The notes beneath the pieces were generated by a model, which was given only the letters and a program-made list of their open reading frames with translations, was not told where the DNA came from and searched no databases. Shown here piece after piece: positions 61,251 to 64,000 of a DNA stretch of 64,000 bases; the first letter of the stretch is position 1, and every line of letters begins with the position of its first letter. The stretch is from Hormiphora californensis (lineage: Eukaryota > Animalia > Ctenophora). The stretch covers positions 6,014,001 to 6,078,000 of the forward strand of contig CM035356.1 of assembly GCA_020137815.1 (NCBI GenBank), written 5' to 3'. The position numbers were made by a program, and so were the translations under genes.

Positions 61251-61699
61251 CTCTCTCCCCGCTCGGCTACCCTCAAAGTGTCGCGTGGTCACGCGTGCAG
61301 CCCCCAGTTGTTAAACTAGGAAGACCCTCTCGTCGGGACAATTGCGATCAAATTATATTGGCTTAATGAATTGTTGGGAGAGAGAACACACTAAATAGTA
61401 ATATGATTAGGTCTCCCCTCTTACCTAATACAATTGATAGTAATAGGTCTCCCAGCTGGTGCTAATAATCCTCTGCTGCAACCATCTCAGTGAGTCTGTT
61501 CCAACTTGCACCCGATCCCATGGCCATTATAATGGGGGGGGGGGGACGGGGATGGGTGTTAGTATAATAGGGGGAGAGGGACAAGGCCACAATCAAGGTC
61601 GTCCTTCTCAAACAACACCTCTCCCCAATGCAGCAGTCGACCATCATTCCTAGGATATACAATTTCAGACAGAATAATTAGTTCTAGCGGACCAAATTT

Positions 61700-61927
61700 A
61701 TCTTTTTTATCTCCTGTCGCCATCATAATATTCCCTCTGCGGGGGAGAATTTCCATTTGGGAATGGGTTTGGGTTTCCCTACTCCTAATAGGAGTCCTAC
61801 TCCTCTACTTCTAGGGATCTATAGACCGTCCTCACTCCTCTCCAGCTCCTTGCCCTAGAACTTCTTAGGTGTAGGGGTTAGGGCTTTCTATAAAGATGCC
61901 CTCTATAAGTCGAGGTCTTCTTGATAC
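61700..61927 (-). other. Possible RS-rich terminal exon of a gene entering from the right, frame disrupted
   Basis: Acceptor-like ttttactctag near 61928, then agaagtagaggagtaggactcctattaggagtagg (RSR..RTPIRSR) with apparent indels. Confidence 0.3.
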
Positions 61928-63764
61928 CTAGAGTAAAAGAGAGACAGCCGGTTAACAAGCAGTTTAGCACTTTAACTTCACTTAGCTCTCTCCCAAGTTT
62001 TCAGACAAGACGTGTGGGAAGGGTGGGGCGGGCCTTGATTGGCCAATTAAATGATGTTTAAGGGGTGAGTGGCCCCCCATGTAGCTAGCCAGATCGAAAA
62101 TAAATGCTAGGACCAAGTTCGAAAGACAGGGGTCTACCGAGACCAAGGTCGATTGACAAGAGCTAAACAATAAACGATCGATGTTGGTCCCTCCCTCGAT
62201 TTGGGCTGGGATTTGGCCGTCTGTTGCTAAATGCTAAGAGCCCCTATGGGTTTATTCTGTAACATGATGTTCGGAACTAAGTTTTTCACAACCTTGTGAG
62301 TTAGACTTAGAGGCTTCACACTTGTTGAGTTACTCAACAACTTCACGCATCAGTTTTCATGATATGTGCTGTGCTCTTGCACTCTCTCAATAAGAATGCA
62401 AGAGGCCAATGACCATGAGAACTGCCACGTGAAGTAGTGAAAAAAGTTCGAGGTGAAAATTCCAATTTAATTTTTACGGATTAAATAATGAAATTGAGAG
62501 TCGAAAAGAACGTTTTTCCGCTTCACCCGTCTCCAAACAAACCCCCCCCCCCGTCTGGCTTTTTCAATGACCAACTCACTTTACTGTGGCTGGGTTGGGA
62601 AAAAAGGGATTACTGAAATTTTTTGGGAAAAAAGGGATTTTAAGACATTTTCTGGGAAAAATGGTAAGAAGGATGCAGACACAAAGCACCCCAAACCTGG
62701 ATAGATTTGAAAAATTGAGGGAATTTGGAACCGGGGGGTAGGGTTGAAATGGGGAAAAGGGGAGCTGGGAGGGGTATGGGGGTTTTAAAAAGGGCAAAAC
62801 ACGGGAGGGTGTTCCTCTTTCCCCCCCCAAAAACGTTTTCCCCATTACACCCCGAAATTTTTTAAATCTGCAATTCTATATCGTGAGATGGGGGGGAAGA
62901 AACCAATGTTTAGTGTAGTTTTTTCAGCTCCCCAACTTTATAACCCCTTTTGTAATTCATACACTCTTCCTATCTTTGTTTTTTCCCTAACAGAGCTTAG
63001 AACACCTAAAATTAGATCCCTTTAAATTTCCCATTCTCCAAACCTTTCCCCGCGTCCCCTTCTGAGGACCGGTTTGGGGGTAACCAGGGTTAACGCTTCC
63101 CCTTAAGCTGTGCCCCATCCAAAAGGCCCAGCCCTTGGAAATCTTCCAACCCCCACCCAAAACCCCTTCCCCCGACGCCTCCCCTTTTAAACCCCCCATT
63201 TTGCGTGACTCCCCTTTCTTCTGCGCTCCCTCCATTCTTTCCCCTTCCTCACTTATCCCTCATCTCTCCTCCTTTTCCTCTACCTTCCCCTTCTTCTTTC
63301 CCTCTTCCCCTGGTCTCCGGACTGTCCTTCCATTAGTCAACATTGGCGGCCTCCACCTCAGTCGATGCGGATTGGGATTATTTTGGAGAAATTACCTTTA
63401 AAAACCATAAATTGGATTAGATTTCAACCGAAGGGGCATTCTGGGAAGATTTAAAAGTCTAAGTTTCTCCCCTGCTTACTAATTCTGCATTGACTGAGAG
63501 TCTCTCACTCTCTCTCCTCTCTCTCTATCTCTCTATCTCTCTCTCTCTCTCTCTCTCTTCTCTCTGCTCTCTCTCGCTCTCTCTCTCTCCACTCATCGAC
63601 CCTCCTTCCGAGTGAGCTTCTCACTCATGTTGGTCAGGGCTCTTCCTATCTCTTGTCGGTGCCCTGACTGCAGGTCTATTTTCTACGCTTGACTTATCTC
63701 AGTCCTACTAAAGGTCAAAACATCAGCCTAAAATGGTAGGGAAATTCAATTTATCCACTGAATC

Positions 63765-64000
63765 AGGAGATGTAGGGCTATTTCCTGAGACACAAGTAAA
63801 CAACCAATCAGAGCTCGTTATTTAGGTCACGTGACTGGTTATCAGCCAATCAGGGACCAGTATTTCCTGGTCGGAGATGTAGGGCTATTTCCTGAGACAC
63901 AAGTAAACAACCAATCAGAGCTCGTTATTTAGGTCACGTGACTGGTTATCAGCCAATCAGGGACCAGTATTTCATGTAGGGCTATTTCCTGAGACTCACG
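63765..64000. repeat. Tandem copies of a ~107-bp interspersed repeat (acaagtaaacaaccaatcagagctcgttatttaggtcacgtgactggttatcagccaatcagggaccagtatttc)
   Basis: Two full copies plus a partial third. Resembles a highly abundant Pleurobrachia repeat (from memory). Confidence 0.85.

Overview
Eukaryotic, intron-rich, (GA)n-rich animal genomic DNA, most likely a ctenophore: the AACCAATCAGAGCTCGTTATTTAGGTCACGTGACTGG repeat at the right end resembles one I recall from Pleurobrachia (not verified). Host genes assembled by hand from GT-AG exons: (1) a signal-anchored M16A insulinase/nardilysin-like peptidase (minus, runs off the left edge); (2) an ABCG5-like half transporter with a long N-terminal extension (minus); (3) a TANGO1/MIA3-like protein (minus); (4) a small TM-less R-SNARE (plus); (5) a putative Zn-finger/HTH factor ending in WRPY (plus). 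One 13.3-kb peptidase intron holds a 39-bp minisatellite made of ~44 copies of the gene's own exon/5'-splice junction. A ~9.2-kb LOA/R1-group LINE (APE-RT-RNaseH-CCHC, 11-bp TSD) is inserted into that array and is itself interrupted by an antisense L2 fragment. The most striking observation is that this LINE appears to carry a three-exon, intron-containing ORF1, a phase-matched splice acceptor in front of ORF2, a highly structured 5' end and a duplicated ORF2 N-terminus. Also present: two ORF1-only retroelements, a degraded L2, several MITEs, a ~280-bp modular satellite, and three homopolymer-corrupted stretches that are probably long-read artefacts.
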